Shown here one piece after another: positions 61,949 to 64,000 of a DNA stretch of 64,000 nt; the stretch's first letter is position 1, and every line of letters begins with the position of its first letter. The position numbers were made by a program, and so were the translations under genes. The notes under the pieces were generated by a model that ran no database searches, was not told the DNA's origin, and saw only the letters and a program-made list of their open reading frames with translations. This DNA comes from an uncultured Chloroflexia bacterium (lineage in GTDB: Bacteria > Chloroflexota > Limnocylindria > Limnocylindrales > CSP1-4), in assembly GCA_963833225.1 (NCBI GenBank), contig CAWHXD010000007.1, positions 1-64,000 on the forward strand, given 5' to 3'.

Positions 61949-61964
61949 CCTCTCGCCCCGACCA
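61949..61964 (+). repeat. att core 19
   Basis: Exact. Confidence 0.9.
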
Positions 61965-62165
61965 ACACCGATCTCTCGAGCGGGCCCGCTGTTCCGGAGG
62001 CCTTCTCTTCCATCGTATGCGCGAGCCAGGTGGCCGTTGATCATGCCGCCCGCTGCCCTGTCGCGTTTGGGGACCGCTTCCACGCCGCTCTCGTTTCGTC
62101 GCGACTGCATCCCGATCGCGCGCCAGACGAACCGGCGACTCGCGCCAGCGTCCGCCACCGGTCGC

Positions 62166-63374
62166 TCAGACCGGCTCGTCGGGCACCCAGCTAACGTCGT
62201 ACACCGGTGCCGGGCCGTGCGAGTCCGGTCCCCGCTCAGCCTCGGGCAGGACGGCGAAGTGGCCCCGGATGCCGAGCGCCTCGCAGCCGATCTCCCAGTT
62301 GGCGCACCAGATCCCGGCGGCGACCGGCCCGTAGTACCTCGACGTGATCGACTGGTAGAGATCGAGGCGCGTCAGGCGGCCGCCATCGGTCACGGCCACG
62401 CCGCGAGTCGTCTGCCCGTTGTACGAGGAGGGGGCCCACTGGCAGATCTCGAATGTCCGGCCGAAGCGATCGAGCGGCGGCGTGTCCACCTTCAACGGCA
62501 CGCGCATGGCCTCATCCGCGAAGAACAGCTCGTCTAGAGGCATGCGCCGGCGCGAGAACCGGGCATTGAAGACCCGGATGAACATCGGCACGAACCAGGA
62601 CCGGTAGCCAACGGCGCAGACGCAGATGACGTGGTCGCGTGCCGGGTCGAACCGGTCGCCGAGGTGCCGCTGGATGCTCCGCTGGTCGGCGCCGGGGCCG
62701 ATCCAGCACGTCCCCAGGCCCATGCGCGTCGCATCGGCGACGATCTTCTCGAGGGTCCGGCCAACATCGATCACGGCCAGCTTGTCGTACTCGAGCGGCG
62801 CGATGGCCACGAGGAACTCGCTCGCGTTGACCGTCGGCCAGACCGTGAGCTTCTCAGAGACGTACTCGAACCTGACGGCGCGCGTTCCGATTTGCCCGGC
62901 CGCGCTGTGACGCTCGACGGAGGCCAGCAGCTCGTCACGATCCGCCGCCGCCAGCTTCCGCGTCTGGAACGATCGGCAGGATCGCCGGGCCCGCATCAGG
63001 CCGAACGCCCCCAGGCCGTCGAGTCGGCTGGGCCTGGGCTCGGGGGGTCGAATGCGGAACTTGACGGTGATGAGGTCGAAGACCTCGAGGACGAGCAATG
63101 CAACGCCGGCCAGCGCAAGGGTTGCTGCCACCGGCGCCAGACCGAGCAGCTGGGCAAGCCCTGCGATCACGAGGACGGCGAGCGCCACCAGGGCCGGCGG
63201 GACGTACTGCAGCCAGCCAGTGAACTGCAGGCGCAGCTTGACCCGCCAGAGCTTCTCGAAGGCTGCCCGGAGGAAGGGAATGGGGATCCTGTCGATGACC
63301 GCCTGCTCGTTCGCCGAGAGGGGCCGTTGGGCGGGGTTGGTGCTGGTGGCCTGCGGCAGACCCTGACCGGACAT
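62166..63374 (-). CDS. Nitroreductase family protein with N-terminal TM helices
   Basis: RRSCRSF, GLGTCWIG, WAPSSYNGQ. Confidence 0.85.
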   Translation of the reverse strand: MSGQGLPQATSTNPAQRPLSANEQAVIDRIPIPFLRAAFEKLWRVKLRLQFTGWLQYVPPALVALAVLVIAGLAQLLGLAPVAATLALAGVALLVLEVFDLITVKFRIRPPEPRPSRLDGLGAFGLMRARRSCRSFQTRKLAAADRDELLASVERHSAAGQIGTRAVRFEYVSEKLTVWPTVNASEFLVAIAPLEYDKLAVIDVGRTLEKIVADATRMGLGTCWIGPGADQRSIQRHLGDRFDPARDHVICVCAVGYRSWFVPMFIRVFNARFSRRRMPLDELFFADEAMRVPLKVDTPPLDRFGRTFEICQWAPSSYNGQTTRGVAVTDGGRLTRLDLYQSITSRYYGPVAAGIWCANWEIGCEALGIRGHFAVLPEAERGPDSHGPAPVYDVSWVPDEPV

Positions 63375-63491
63375 GACAGCGGACTCCGTGTGCTGATTGC
63401 AACCTCTTGCTTGCAATCAGACTACGGCGGAGCCTATTGCAAGTCAATACTTGCATCGAGTACGCTCCGGTCGATCGAGAGCGGAGGACGC

Positions 63492-64000
63492 ATGCCGAAG
63501 GTCGTGGATGAGGCCGGGATATTCGCGGCGGCGATCGAGCGATTGATGGCCCGCGGCTACGACGGCGCGACGACGAGGGACATCGCGGACGCGGCTGGCG
63601 TCAACGAGGTCACCCTGTTCCGCCGCTACGGGAGCAAGGCGTCGCTGTTCGAGCAGGCCATTGCCAGCCGGCTCGCGGAGACGCCGCTCAGTCGACTGGC
63701 GTACACCGGCGACCTCGAGGCTGATCTCCTGTCAATCGTCCAGGCCTACCTGCTGACGAACGAGGCGCACGGCGACATCATCCCGATCATCCTCATCGAA
63801 ATGCCCCGGCATCCGGACCTTCGATCGTCGATGGGCGCGCCCTGGAAGAACCTCCAGGGCGTCATCGGGATCGTCCAGCGCTACCAGCACGACGGTCTCC
63901 TCGGCGCGGAGCACCCGCTGTCCGTCATCGGCTCATTGCTGGGACCGGTCATGATCAGCCAGATGTTCCGGCGGGCCAACCTGGCGCTGGAGGCGCCGAC
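63492..64000 (+). CDS. TetR family regulator (partial)
   Basis: GYDGATTRDIADAAGVNEVTLFRRYGSK; divergent from the nitroreductase. Confidence 0.9.
   Translation, partial: MPKVVDEAGIFAAAIERLMARGYDGATTRDIADAAGVNEVTLFRRYGSKASLFEQAIASRLAETPLSRLAYTGDLEADLLSIVQAYLLTNEAHGDIIPIILIEMPRHPDLRSSMGAPWKNLQGVIGIVQRYQHDGLLGAEHPLSVIGSLLGPVMISQMFRRANLALEAP

Noticed and set aside
9017-61964. The 16-bp repeat as a CRISPR array
   Set aside because: Spacing is irregular (0.14-14 kb), the intervals contain genes, and there are no cas genes
9017-61964. Classical integron with attC sites
   Set aside because: No tyrosine integrase or attC-type palindromes; the associated recombinases are serine-type

Overview
This is a high-GC accessory region. 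The gene families suggest Chloroflexota or Actinomycetota, but the host is inferred, not shown. It contains no housekeeping genes, rRNA, intact tRNA or CRISPR array. Its organising feature is a 16-bp motif, CCTCTCGCCCCGACCA, which matches the 3' end of a tRNA-Pro. The motif occurs 19 times between 9017 and 61964, always on the + strand (13 exact, 3 with one mismatch, 3 degenerate). Each copy is flanked by interchangeable left and right arm types. Several right arms are 3' ends of large serine recombinase (LSR) genes that read through the motif. Several left arms encode the missing LSR C-terminal tail, sometimes coupled to a small HTH gene. The segments between copies (about 0.14-14 kb) carry cargo: six toxin-antitoxin pairs, Fic, two AAA-DUF4143 ATPases, regulators, hydrolases and transporters. 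I interpret this as a tandem, integron-like cassette array built by tRNA-Pro-targeting serine recombinases. The left end is a prophage remnant (ParB-methylase, HNH, endolysin, holin) with an inserted kinase/unknown/nuclease module that may be a defence system. Many IS elements are present, including an IS110 with a readable bridge RNA. Several single-base frameshifts may be gene decay or assembly error.
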